Of a stretch of DNA of 10,015 nucleotides, positions 1-7,760 are shown piece after piece. A program made the translations under genes and the position numbers. The stretch comes from Bacteriovoracaceae bacterium (GTDB lineage Bacteria; Bdellovibrionota; Bacteriovoracia; Bacteriovoracales; Bacteriovoracaceae). Location: NCBI GenBank assembly GCA_049599895.1, contig JBMYPC010000114.1, forward strand, positions 1-10,015. Direction: 5' to 3'. The first letter of the stretch is position 1, and each line of letters opens with the position of its first letter. Below the pieces are notes generated by a model. That model saw nothing but the letters and a program-made list of their open reading frames with translations. It had not been told where the DNA came from and did no database searches.

Positions 1-2
1 AA

Positions 3-950
3 AAATATATCGCTGACTATTTCCCAGGGCCCGACATTTACGAACATGACTTAAGCTCCAACATCACACAACCTCCAGTTGCGGCCCTTGGCCTAGAGTA
101 TCTTTTAAAGAAAAATGCCGACCGAGAATGGGCAAAAAAACAAGTGGCAAAAATTGAAAAGTCCCATCAATTTTTTTACGAAAACAGAGACCCATTAAAA
201 AAGAACCTTGTGGCCATAGTGCATCCCTGGGAAAGCGGTATGGATAATGCCGTCTCTTGGGACAGACCACTTAAGAATGTTTCCACAGTAACAAAAAATG
301 AAATTAATCGAATTGATACAAAAAAAGTCACAGACCTTTCGCAAAGACCAAGTGATGATGAATATGCAAGATACATTCATATTGTTGAAAGCCTCAATCA
401 AAATGATCTTAAACCCACAAGCTTTTGCGTTTACGACCCCATGATGACAACTGTGCTGGCCCTTTCAGAGATGGCCTTAGCGAATGTCTGCGAAAAGCTT
501 GAAATTGAAACTCATGCAAAAGAAAGAGCGAATAAACTAGTCTCTTCTCTTGAGTCAATCCAATCTCCAGATGGAAGATCTCCTTATATTGATGCCCTCA
601 CAAATAAACAGTATCATTCCAATACACTGGCATCACTATTTCCTTTACTTGTCACCAAGGACAAAGAGCAAGCAGAAGCGATCCTCAAGCAGCATCTTGG
701 AGAACATGGACTCAGTACACATTCTCTTAAAGATGACTCATTCGATTCTCGCTGCTATTGGCGTGGCCCTTGTTGGGTGAATACAAATTGGTTTTTCAAA
801 GAGAAAGTCACTGGTCTTGCAGAAAAAACAATCAAGCTTATTGAAAAATCTGGCTTCTATGAATACTTTGATCCCATTACGGGAGAAGGACTTGGCTCTG
901 ACAACTTTACCTGGTCAGCGGCACTTTTTCTTTGCTTAAACGATCAATAA
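3..950 (+). CDS. GH63-family glucosylglycerate/mannosylglycerate hydrolase-like glycosidase (5'-truncated by window edge)
   Basis: The frame is open from base 3 (KYIADYFPGPDIYEHDLSSNITQPPVAA...), upstream of the GTG at 144 used by the ORF track. Family motifs: YFPGP, ITQPP, HPWESGMDN (catalytic Asp region), YWRGPCWVNTNW, GFYEYFDPITGEGLG (catalytic Glu region), FTWSAA. Stop TAA at 948-950. Confidence 0.9.
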   Translation, partial: KYIADYFPGPDIYEHDLSSNITQPPVAALGLEYLLKKNADREWAKKQVAKIEKSHQFFYENRDPLKKNLVAIVHPWESGMDNAVSWDRPLKNVSTVTKNEINRIDTKKVTDLSQRPSDDEYARYIHIVESLNQNDLKPTSFCVYDPMMTTVLALSEMALANVCEKLEIETHAKERANKLVSSLESIQSPDGRSPYIDALTNKQYHSNTLASLFPLLVTKDKEQAEAILKQHLGEHGLSTHSLKDDSFDSRCYWRGPCWVNTNWFFKEKVTGLAEKTIKLIEKSGFYEYFDPITGEGLGSDNFTWSAALFLCLNDQ

Positions 951-2245
951 AACCCGATACCTCGAATATCCATAAGATTGGTTCCAGTAGGTCCGGTCAT
1001 TAATAATTGTTTGAGGCTTTTAAAGTAATGGTAACTGTCAAAATTTCGAAGGGCCTTAAGAGCTTCATCTTTTGTTCGAATAAATGAATCGTAATCAACC
1101 CAAGCTCCCGCAGAGTCCGTAGGTCCATCTGATCCATCTGTTGCAAAACTAAAGATATAAAGATTTTTAAGTTCAGAGATCTCAAAGTTTAAAACATTCT
1201 CTTCATAGATTTTATTAGCCGCCCAGAGGACAAAATGAGAATTTCGTCCCCCCAGACCATTTCCTTCTACTTGGATCGTAAGTTCACCAAAGCTTACGTG
1301 AACGTGACGAGGCTGAGGCACATAACTTTTCAAAGACGTACAAATTTTCTGAAAACCACTTTCCAGTGGTTCATCCAGGGCCTGTTCATTGAAAGTCAGC
1401 TTGAAGCTCTCTGAAAAATTGATATCCATGAGATCAATGAGATCTTTATAACTCGTTACAATGAAATGAGCATCGGACTCTCGGTTTTCATGACTTTCCC
1501 TCGATTGAATGAGAGATTTCTTTAGTTTCTCTTTTAGACTATTCTCTAAACCCCTTAACTTCGATTGAGTTAACAAGTTTTCTAATACTCCTGGATCTAA
1601 CGGATTATAAATGGTTGGACCAGAGCCCACATCCGAGGCCGCTAAGTTTGAAACATCACAATTAATCAATGTCATTACTGTAGCCGGACAAGCTTTTGCA
1701 AGCCCACCATTTTTTATCAAAGAAAAGCACTTACGAATAAAGTTGATTGACTCAATCCCTAAATCTGAAGCCAGCATGAATTTTGAAATTCTTTCAATTT
1801 CTTCAAACTCAAATAACGAAGAATTCTTCTCAACTAAGCTGCTCGCCCCACCTGAAAGACAAACAATGAGAAGCTCATCTTTTTTACAATTCCTCGCAAA
1901 CTCTAAAGCCTGATCACCAGCTAATAAAGACTTCTTAGAAACAAAGGGATGGTCTGATTCTACTGTCACATCTGATAGCTCATTAAGTCCATGACCTATT
2001 TTGGTGATGACTGAGAGATCAGAGTTCTTTAAGCCCAACAACTCTTTCACAACAAGGCACTCTTTAGCTGCTGCTTTTCCTATGGCCAGCAACTTAATGG
2101 CGCTATATGATTTAAGAGAGAACTCCTCTAATTTACACTTTAGAATACCCGAGTCGTAAGACAGGTTACTGCGATAAAGACTCTCGGGAATGAGCTTATC
2201 TTTAAGCTCCTCGATGGGAATTCTTTTGTTTTGTTGAGAGTTCAT
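944..2245 (-). CDS. Glycerate kinase, class II (DUF4147 + MOFRL; TtuD/GckA-like)
   Basis: 433 aa with motifs IGKAA, HP, LSGGASSL, RK..S.IK.GGLA, DV..GSGPT, GE.T..V.G.G.GGRN, TDGSDG...AGA, DSY.YF and TGPTGTNLMD. SD-like AAGGGA just upstream of the ATG. Confidence 0.9.
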   Translation of the reverse strand: MNSQQNKRIPIEELKDKLIPESLYRSNLSYDSGILKCKLEEFSLKSYSAIKLLAIGKAAAKECLVVKELLGLKNSDLSVITKIGHGLNELSDVTVESDHPFVSKKSLLAGDQALEFARNCKKDELLIVCLSGGASSLVEKNSSLFEFEEIERISKFMLASDLGIESINFIRKCFSLIKNGGLAKACPATVMTLINCDVSNLAASDVGSGPTIYNPLDPGVLENLLTQSKLRGLENSLKEKLKKSLIQSRESHENRESDAHFIVTSYKDLIDLMDINFSESFKLTFNEQALDEPLESGFQKICTSLKSYVPQPRHVHVSFGELTIQVEGNGLGGRNSHFVLWAANKIYEENVLNFEISELKNLYIFSFATDGSDGPTDSAGAWVDYDSFIRTKDEALKALRNFDSYHYFKSLKQLLMTGPTGTNLMDIRGIGFY

Positions 2246-2269
2246 TTTATCCCTTAGGCTATCGCTAAT

Positions 2270-2298
2270 AGTTTAACAAGGAATGTTTATGGCGTTAA
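2270..2298 (-). promoter_or_regulatory. Candidate sigma70 promoter for the glycerate kinase
   Basis: Minus strand reads TTAACG (2298-2293), 17 nt, TAAACT (2275-2270), with an extended -10 TG (TGtTAAACT). It would give a short leader containing the AAGGGA SD. Confidence 0.4.
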
Positions 2299-3884
2299 GT
2301 ACCATCGATTGGATTATTATTATTCTCTATCTTATGGGAATGATCGGTTTGGCCGTTTATCTTTCTCGAAGTCAAAAAAGTAAAAAAGATTATTATCTCG
2401 GCGGAAACGATATTGGCTTTTTTCCAATAGCGATTTCGACAATGGCAACTCAATGTTCAACGAATAGTATCCTAGGAGCTCCTGCTTTTGTTGCCTTCTC
2501 TGTGGGCGGTGGACTTCTCTGGCTTCAATATGAAATTGCAGTTCCCCTTGCCATGATCATACTCATGGCCTTTATGCTTCCCTATTATAGAAAGCTCAAT
2601 CTTATCAGTGTCTATGGTTACCTTGAAGAAAGATACGGTTATGGTGCTCGACTTCTTCTCAGTATCCTCTTTCAATTTTTAAGGGCGTTTTCAACTGGAG
2701 TAACGATTTATGGTATTTCCCTTGTTGTTAGCTACTGTATGGGAATCTCATTTTTCGCTGCTGTTTTAATTCTCGGTGTTTTTACAATTGTCTATGACAG
2801 TATTGGTGGGATGAAAGGGGTGATTTATTCTGATGTTATCCAAATGGTGATCCTCTATATCTGTATTGCCCTTGTTATCTTCCTTGCCATCACAAAGCTC
2901 GGCGGTCTTTCAGAACTCCTTGCAGCTGTTCCGGCTGAACGTATGAAGGCCATCGATTTCAGTCATCATGGTTTTGGAGATGGAAAAGACTTTTCCTTTT
3001 GGCCAATGCTGTTTGGTGGGCTCTTTTTATATGCCTCCTATTATGGTTGTGATCAGACTCAAGTGCAAAGAACTCTTTCGACAAAAAACGTAGATGATAC
3101 AAACTATTCTCTTTTTGTGAACGGTGTTCTTCGTTTTCCTCTGGTTTTAACCTATTGTTTTCTTGGAATTTGTATTGCTGCTTATGCTGCTAAAAATATC
3201 GACTTCATTCCTTCTCTACCAAAAACAAGCACTGGAAACCCAAACTTTAACCTTTCTGTACCAATCTTTGTTCTTAAAGAATTTCCGGTTGGAATTATCG
3301 GGGTTTTCATGGTGGGGCTTTTCTCTGCCGCAATGAGTTCTCTCGATTCAACGATTAACTCATTAAGTGCTACAACAATGCAGGATATAGTTAAAAAGTT
3401 TGATTCCATTGATCAAAAGAAGGAGCTTCTCTATTCAAAACTTCTGACTATTTTTTGGGGTACCGTTTGTACGTTCTTTGCTTTCTTCGTAGAGAATATT
3501 TCAGATTCTATTATTGTTTCGATTAACAAAATTGGCTCTCTTATTAACGGCCCGATCCTTGCTGTTTTTCTTCTTGGGATTCTGACAAAAAGAACCAATC
3601 AAAAAGGGGTCATTGCAGGCTTCCTTCTTGGCTTTCTTTTTAATACTTATCTTTGGATTGCAGCTCCAACTATTTCTTGGCTGTGGTGGAACGTTATTGG
3701 CTTTTTTATCACCTATATCTTTGGCTATGGAATTAGTCTTGTGACAAAAGGTCATAACCTTGAAATGAAGATCAAAAATGCCAATGCCCATAATCAGTCA
3801 GTGGCCACAGTCAACTGGAAAAAGTATTACGTTGCACTTTTTCTCTACGCAGTCATGATCATAGGAATTCTTATGGCGATTTAG
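2289..3884 (+). CDS. Sodium:solute symporter (SSS/SLC5 family)
   Basis: Highly hydrophobic, about 530 aa, with motifs DYYLGG, SVYGYLEERYG, GGMKGVIYSDVIQ, DQTQVQR and AAMSSLDSTINSLS. AAGGA at 2278-2282 is 6 nt before ATG 2289, so 2289 is preferred over the track's 2283. Confidence 0.92.
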   Translation: MALSTIDWIIIILYLMGMIGLAVYLSRSQKSKKDYYLGGNDIGFFPIAISTMATQCSTNSILGAPAFVAFSVGGGLLWLQYEIAVPLAMIILMAFMLPYYRKLNLISVYGYLEERYGYGARLLLSILFQFLRAFSTGVTIYGISLVVSYCMGISFFAAVLILGVFTIVYDSIGGMKGVIYSDVIQMVILYICIALVIFLAITKLGGLSELLAAVPAERMKAIDFSHHGFGDGKDFSFWPMLFGGLFLYASYYGCDQTQVQRTLSTKNVDDTNYSLFVNGVLRFPLVLTYCFLGICIAAYAAKNIDFIPSLPKTSTGNPNFNLSVPIFVLKEFPVGIIGVFMVGLFSAAMSSLDSTINSLSATTMQDIVKKFDSIDQKKELLYSKLLTIFWGTVCTFFAFFVENISDSIIVSINKIGSLINGPILAVFLLGILTKRTNQKGVIAGFLLGFLFNTYLWIAAPTISWLWWNVIGFFITYIFGYGISLVTKGHNLEMKIKNANAHNQSVATVNWKKYYVALFLYAVMIIGILMAI

Positions 3885-4870
3885 GCTTCTTCTAGAAAAT
3901 ACTTTTGAACGAGGCTAGCGATATACTTGGCCTCTTCATCACTACATTTTTCAAGGTAGCCTAAAACAATTTCATGATGACCATTCTCAGGCTTTTCTCT
4001 TTTAATGAGATCTGTCACCTCAAGAAGGTTTTCATTTTCATCGCGAGCAATTTTCTTTGGGATGTAACTAATTAGCCCTCCCTTCTTTGTGGTCTGTTTG
4101 AGAACTTCAAAACTATCACTTAAAACATTTGGCCTAAACTCTTTACCAAAGGAATCGATAAATTTTCTCAAATATCGAGGATGGCCGTTATGACCTGAAT
4201 TGATACAACCAACCCCAAGAGTTTCAGCTGCTTCATAGGGATTATCTTTATAAGGAGAATCTGAAGAGATAAAGAGTCCCATCTCATCAGTCGTGAGAAC
4301 TTCTTTTTTTATCCCTTCGACATCTTCAGAGTCAACAATGATTGTTGTGCAAAGCTCTCCTGTTCGAAGCTTCTGTAAAAGTGAGTGGGTTCTTGCAATG
4401 ACCACATTAAATTTGAACTTTCCATGGTCTTCTCTTAGATGATTAAGTAGATGAGGGAGAATTTTAACTGCGATACTTTCATAAGCTCCAAGATCAAGTC
4501 GAGCAATTTTTAAAGCTTCAGGTTTTGTATCGAAGACATCATCAATTGCAATTAAAGCCGGAGCAATCTTTTCAAGGATCTCTGTGGCCTCAGGAGTAAA
4601 ACGAATCGAGTTTTTCTCTCTAATTATTAAATTTTTTTGAATCACAGCTTCAAGGGAGCTAATAGACTGAGAAACCGCTGAAGGAGTCACTCCAAGCTTT
4701 CTTGCAGCAGAACGAAAACTCCCCTCTTCGATAACCGCTTTTAAAAAATATATTTTACGAAGATCACTAACACGACTTAAATTCACAACTTCACTTTTCC
4801 TTTTTTTGGCCCTTAAAATCCAGGGACAAACATCGGGCATGGTTTGGAATGATTCAACACTTTCTTTCAT
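3881..4870 (-). CDS. LysR-type transcriptional regulator
   Basis: N-terminal wHTH (DLRKIYFLKAVIEEGSFRSAARKLGVTPSAVSQSISSLE...LIIRE...FTPEA) followed by an effector-domain-sized region. The start is either ATG 4870, 1 nt after the ccdA stop, or an in-frame GTG at 4786 giving 301 aa. Confidence 0.9.
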   Translation of the reverse strand: MKESVESFQTMPDVCPWILRAKKRKSEVVNLSRVSDLRKIYFLKAVIEEGSFRSAARKLGVTPSAVSQSISSLEAVIQKNLIIREKNSIRFTPEATEILEKIAPALIAIDDVFDTKPEALKIARLDLGAYESIAVKILPHLLNHLREDHGKFKFNVVIARTHSLLQKLRTGELCTTIIVDSEDVEGIKKEVLTTDEMGLFISSDSPYKDNPYEAAETLGVGCINSGHNGHPRYLRKFIDSFGKEFRPNVLSDSFEVLKQTTKKGGLISYIPKKIARDENENLLEVTDLIKREKPENGHHEIVLGYLEKCSDEEAKYIASLVQKYFLEEA

Positions 4871-4871
4871 C

Positions 4872-5555
4872 TTAAATCAAGCCCAGTCCGTAGGATATAA
4901 AGTAAATACCACCTAAAATTAAGAGAATTGTGCTCAATTTATGGACGATACCTAGCCATTTTCCTGAGTTTGGCAATTTCTTTGCCCCCACAAGGCCTAA
5001 TCCGAGAATAAGAAAAAGAACAGACATGCCACTTGAATAAAAAAACATCAAAGTGGCCCCTTCAAGAAGTGAACCTGCTCCCGCAATGGATGCTAGGACC
5101 CCTCCAAGAACTGGACTTGTACAGGGACTAGCAACTAAAGCTGAAACCATCCCAATAAGAATTGCTTGAAAAAAAGCAAGAGTCATTGTCTTTTTTAATT
5201 TTTGATCTGACTTTGAAACGTTTTGATTCCAACGATTCATAAAGCTCGGTAACGATCCTTTATGAGAAAAGTAGGCCATCAATAAAAGAATAAATCCTGT
5301 TCCCACTTGGATTTCAGGAATTTCAGATGAGAAACCGAGGATTTCCCCCAATGAAACGGCAATAACTCCAAGGGCAGTAAAACAGAGGATTTGTCCTAAG
5401 ATAAATCCTATAACACGTACTTTTTTTCTTTTGGCTTCGCCTTCTGTTCCAAGATAACCAAGGGTAATAGGAATCATGGGATAAACACAGGGAGTAAGGC
5501 TAGTGAGAACCCCCGCACCAAATAACGTCGCCGACTGAATAACAAATGAACTCAT
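4872..5555 (-). CDS. ccdA: CcdA / DsbD transmembrane-domain thiol:disulfide electron transporter
   Basis: 227 aa, about six TM segments, with both redox PC motifs (SLTPCVYPMIP and ASPCTSPVL) and LPNSGKWL resembling DsbD LP..G.W. Start overlaps the upstream stop (TAATG at 5557-5553). Confidence 0.88.
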   Translation of the reverse strand: MSSFVIQSATLFGAGVLTSLTPCVYPMIPITLGYLGTEGEAKRKKVRVIGFILGQILCFTALGVIAVSLGEILGFSSEIPEIQVGTGFILLLMAYFSHKGSLPSFMNRWNQNVSKSDQKLKKTMTLAFFQAILIGMVSALVASPCTSPVLGGVLASIAGAGSLLEGATLMFFYSSGMSVLFLILGLGLVGAKKLPNSGKWLGIVHKLSTILLILGGIYFISYGLGLI

Positions 5556-6010
5556 TATAAGACTCCTAAACTTTCTTTAATTTTCTTTATGTCTGAACCG
5601 CTTGAACTTTTCACAACACTCCACTTCTCATTTTTCTTTTCGATGACTGCCCAAGAAGGTACTGCATAAACAGAAAGGGTCTTCCTTAAAAATTTTTCTT
5701 CATCTCTAAGAACTGTAAAAGGAAGATTTTCTTGTTTAATAAAATTCATCCCTTTTTTAAGGTTTCGATCAAGGTTCACTGTCACCACATCAACATTTTG
5801 TTTTTTTAAATCTCTGAGTTCTGAGCGAAGCTTTCCTCTACAATCAGGACACCATGAGGCCCAGAAATAAAGCAGTTTCTTTTGACTCTCTTTATTGTTT
5901 TCAAGATGAACCGTTTTAATATTTTCAAAATCTTTTAGGCTTATTTCGGTTGCCGATAAATGAAATGAAGCAACTAAACTTAACAGGGTTACACACTTTA
6001 GAATTCCCAT
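5555..6010 (-). CDS. Exported TlpA/ResA-like thioredoxin (CPDC)
   Basis: YFWASWCPDC active site, VNLD and cis-Pro loop YAVP. From ATG 6010 (preceded by GGAGACAGGAAA) the N-terminus is signal-peptide-like: MGILKCVTLLSLVASFHLSA. Preferred over the track's start at 6031. Confidence 0.85.
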   Translation of the reverse strand: MGILKCVTLLSLVASFHLSATEISLKDFENIKTVHLENNKESQKKLLYFWASWCPDCRGKLRSELRDLKKQNVDVVTVNLDRNLKKGMNFIKQENLPFTVLRDEEKFLRKTLSVYAVPSWAVIEKKNEKWSVVKSSSGSDIKKIKESLGVL

Positions 6011-6525
6011 TTTCCTGTCTCCTTTTGCCAATCTTCGATTGAAGATTCTCCGACAAACTTCGTTAATGTTTTTAAAGTTGGATTAAATGCTAAAACACAC
6101 GGTGTTCCTTCAGCATTGCAATAATTTTCATACAAAGAGTCTCCCTCGAGCTGCACTCCTACAGTCCAATTAATTTTAAGAGACTTTGCCCAGGCCCTGG
6201 CATCATCAAGGTATCCACCGAGAACCACTGTATAGAGATTGATATTTTGCGGAAGAGAACCCTGCTCAGTAAAAAGCTTTACTAAGCCTTGAGCTTCTTT
6301 TCGGCAGGTAATACAAGACTCAGCAGCGATAATTACAAGAGTTGGTCTTGCGTCTAATTCCTCGAGATTGACCTTTTCATTATCCAGAGTCGAAAAAGTC
6401 CCCATCAGGGTTTCAATATTCGTTTTCTCAACGGGATTAAAAGCTTTTCTTTCTGTTACAGGAAGTCCTCTTCCACAACTCATGATGATGAATGAAAGGC
6501 ATAAGTATTTTGTTATAGTTCCCAT
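5998..6525 (-). CDS. Lipoprotein with TlpA-like thioredoxin fold (CITC)
   Basis: Lipoprotein-type signal ending IIMS-C, then PTLVIIAAESCITCRKE as the CxxC site and GTP as the cis-Pro loop, with two extra Cys flanking it (YCNAEGTPC). Confidence 0.75.
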   Translation of the reverse strand: MGTITKYLCLSFIIMSCGRGLPVTERKAFNPVEKTNIETLMGTFSTLDNEKVNLEELDARPTLVIIAAESCITCRKEAQGLVKLFTEQGSLPQNINLYTVVLGGYLDDARAWAKSLKINWTVGVQLEGDSLYENYCNAEGTPCVLAFNPTLKTLTKFVGESSIEDWQKETGKWEF

Positions 6526-7538
6526 GTAAGACCTCCTGAAATTAAAAAATTCTTTAAATCTGTATTTGTTTCTTCATAAGTTAATAAGACACTGGGAAGT
6601 AGTCGCTTAAACCTTCCATCAAAGCCTAGAGCGATTGAGTCCGTTCCAATTTGTTGTTGATCAATAGTTCCTCTCGCTGACTCTTCTTCAATAGTGGTCG
6701 AGATTAAAACCTTTAAGAGATAGGTATAATGAACTTCAAGTCCCAACCCAATGAGATAAGAATCAAGAGTGTAAAACCCTGAACCATTTAAAGGAAGAAA
6801 ATCTTCACTTTCTTCAATCCTTTCAAAACCAGTAATCAATCCAAGTTCGTCAGTGATTCCGAATAATGTCTCAAATCGTCCGCCATAGGACTTTGGTCTT
6901 TCTCCGTTTGATTCCACGAACATTAGCTTAAATTTTGATTTTAAATACTCTGTAATAATTTGATCATATTGAAATTCATGGTTCTTTCTTTTCAATTGGG
7001 TCTCAAGAGCAACAGGTCTTCGTGTCTCGGGGTTCGTGACATAGCTAAGAGGTTTATTCGCTTTTTGAGTAAAATAAGTGTATTTTAGGCTTAAGCCTCT
7101 ATTGTAAGAACTATAACCAAGGGCCACTTTTGTTGATTTTGACTCTAGGGGCGAATCGGACAAGGTTTGTCCTGAGTCGATAGACAAAGAAAAGTTCTTC
7201 TTTTGAAAATCTATGCCAAGACTAAGATTATTTTCTTTTCCATCAAAGCTCTCAGACAATCTTCTTTCAGCTCCAGTACGATCTCGAATAATGTAATCGT
7301 TAACGTCACGATCAACAATGTCGAAACTCCCACGGACTCTTGCAAAGTTTTCAATAAGTCCTGAGTTAAAACTAAAAGATTGGGTAAAACTTGAAATAGA
7401 GCTCGACTCTGCCCCGACTGCAGTGCTTCCGCTTCCAGAGCTTTGAGTGGAGGAGACTCCAACACTCATAGGCTCAGCATTTGCACTTTGAATAAACGGA
7501 GCACTTAAAGTGATCAGGAATAAAATTAATGCGCGCAT
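6513..7538 (-). CDS. Putative outer-membrane beta-barrel protein (DUF3570-like by position)
   Basis: Signal peptide ending ANA, many alternating hydrophobic/polar strands (NNLSLGIDFQ, TKVALGYS, LSLKYTY, YLIGLGLEVHY, SIALGFDG) and terminal strand ISGGLTWEL. No Cys. The DUF3570 link rests on synteny with the DUF4266-like gene, not on a recognised motif. Confidence 0.65.
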   Translation of the reverse strand: MRALILFLITLSAPFIQSANAEPMSVGVSSTQSSGSGSTAVGAESSSISSFTQSFSFNSGLIENFARVRGSFDIVDRDVNDYIIRDRTGAERRLSESFDGKENNLSLGIDFQKKNFSLSIDSGQTLSDSPLESKSTKVALGYSSYNRGLSLKYTYFTQKANKPLSYVTNPETRRPVALETQLKRKNHEFQYDQIITEYLKSKFKLMFVESNGERPKSYGGRFETLFGITDELGLITGFERIEESEDFLPLNGSGFYTLDSYLIGLGLEVHYTYLLKVLISTTIEEESARGTIDQQQIGTDSIALGFDGRFKRLLPSVLLTYEETNTDLKNFLISGGLTWEL

Positions 7539-7738
7539 ACGCTACACCCTCCAGCTGAAGAACTCCCCTTGCTTCTCATCGCTGTATGGGGAGAAGTTGA
7601 GTTGAGGTTTGAGTATTTTTCAAAATCCATAATTTGTGAATTCACACGACTTCTATCAATTTGACTCAGTGGCAGCCCAGAACAAGAACACAAGAGGGCC
7701 ATACAAATTAACATTAGCTTCATCTTGATAATCTTCAT
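7526..7738 (-). CDS. Small lipoprotein, DUF4266-like, with C-terminal GGCSVCAH
   Basis: 70 aa with lipobox LCS-C. The pattern R....(I)M.F...H...R..G/S-rich..GGCxxC parallels DUF4266 proteins, which end in GGGCGC. SD GAGG lies upstream, and the gene overlaps the barrel start by 13 bp. Confidence 0.7.
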   Translation of the reverse strand: MKIIKMKLMLICMALLCSCSGLPLSQIDRSRVNSQIMDFEKYSNLNSTSPHTAMRSKGSSSAGGCSVCAH

Positions 7739-7760
7739 TTTGCGACCCTCTTTTGTTTTG

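Noticed and set aside
144..146. GTG 144 as the hydrolase start
   Set aside because: Conserved YFPGP and ITQPP motifs lie upstream in the same open frame, so the real start is outside the window.
64..3791. Short alternative ORFs (64-270, 176-376, 195-401, 550-780, 1000-1185, 1611-1913, 2472-2675, 3182-3409, 3501-3791)
   Set aside because: All lie inside well-supported genes in other frames or strands and show no recognisable motifs.
7529..7546. CSVCAH as a c-type heme attachment site, with ccdA implying cytochrome c maturation
   Set aside because: The motif is CxxCxH, not CxxCH, there is no cytochrome domain, and no ResB/CcsA or Ccm genes are present in the operon.
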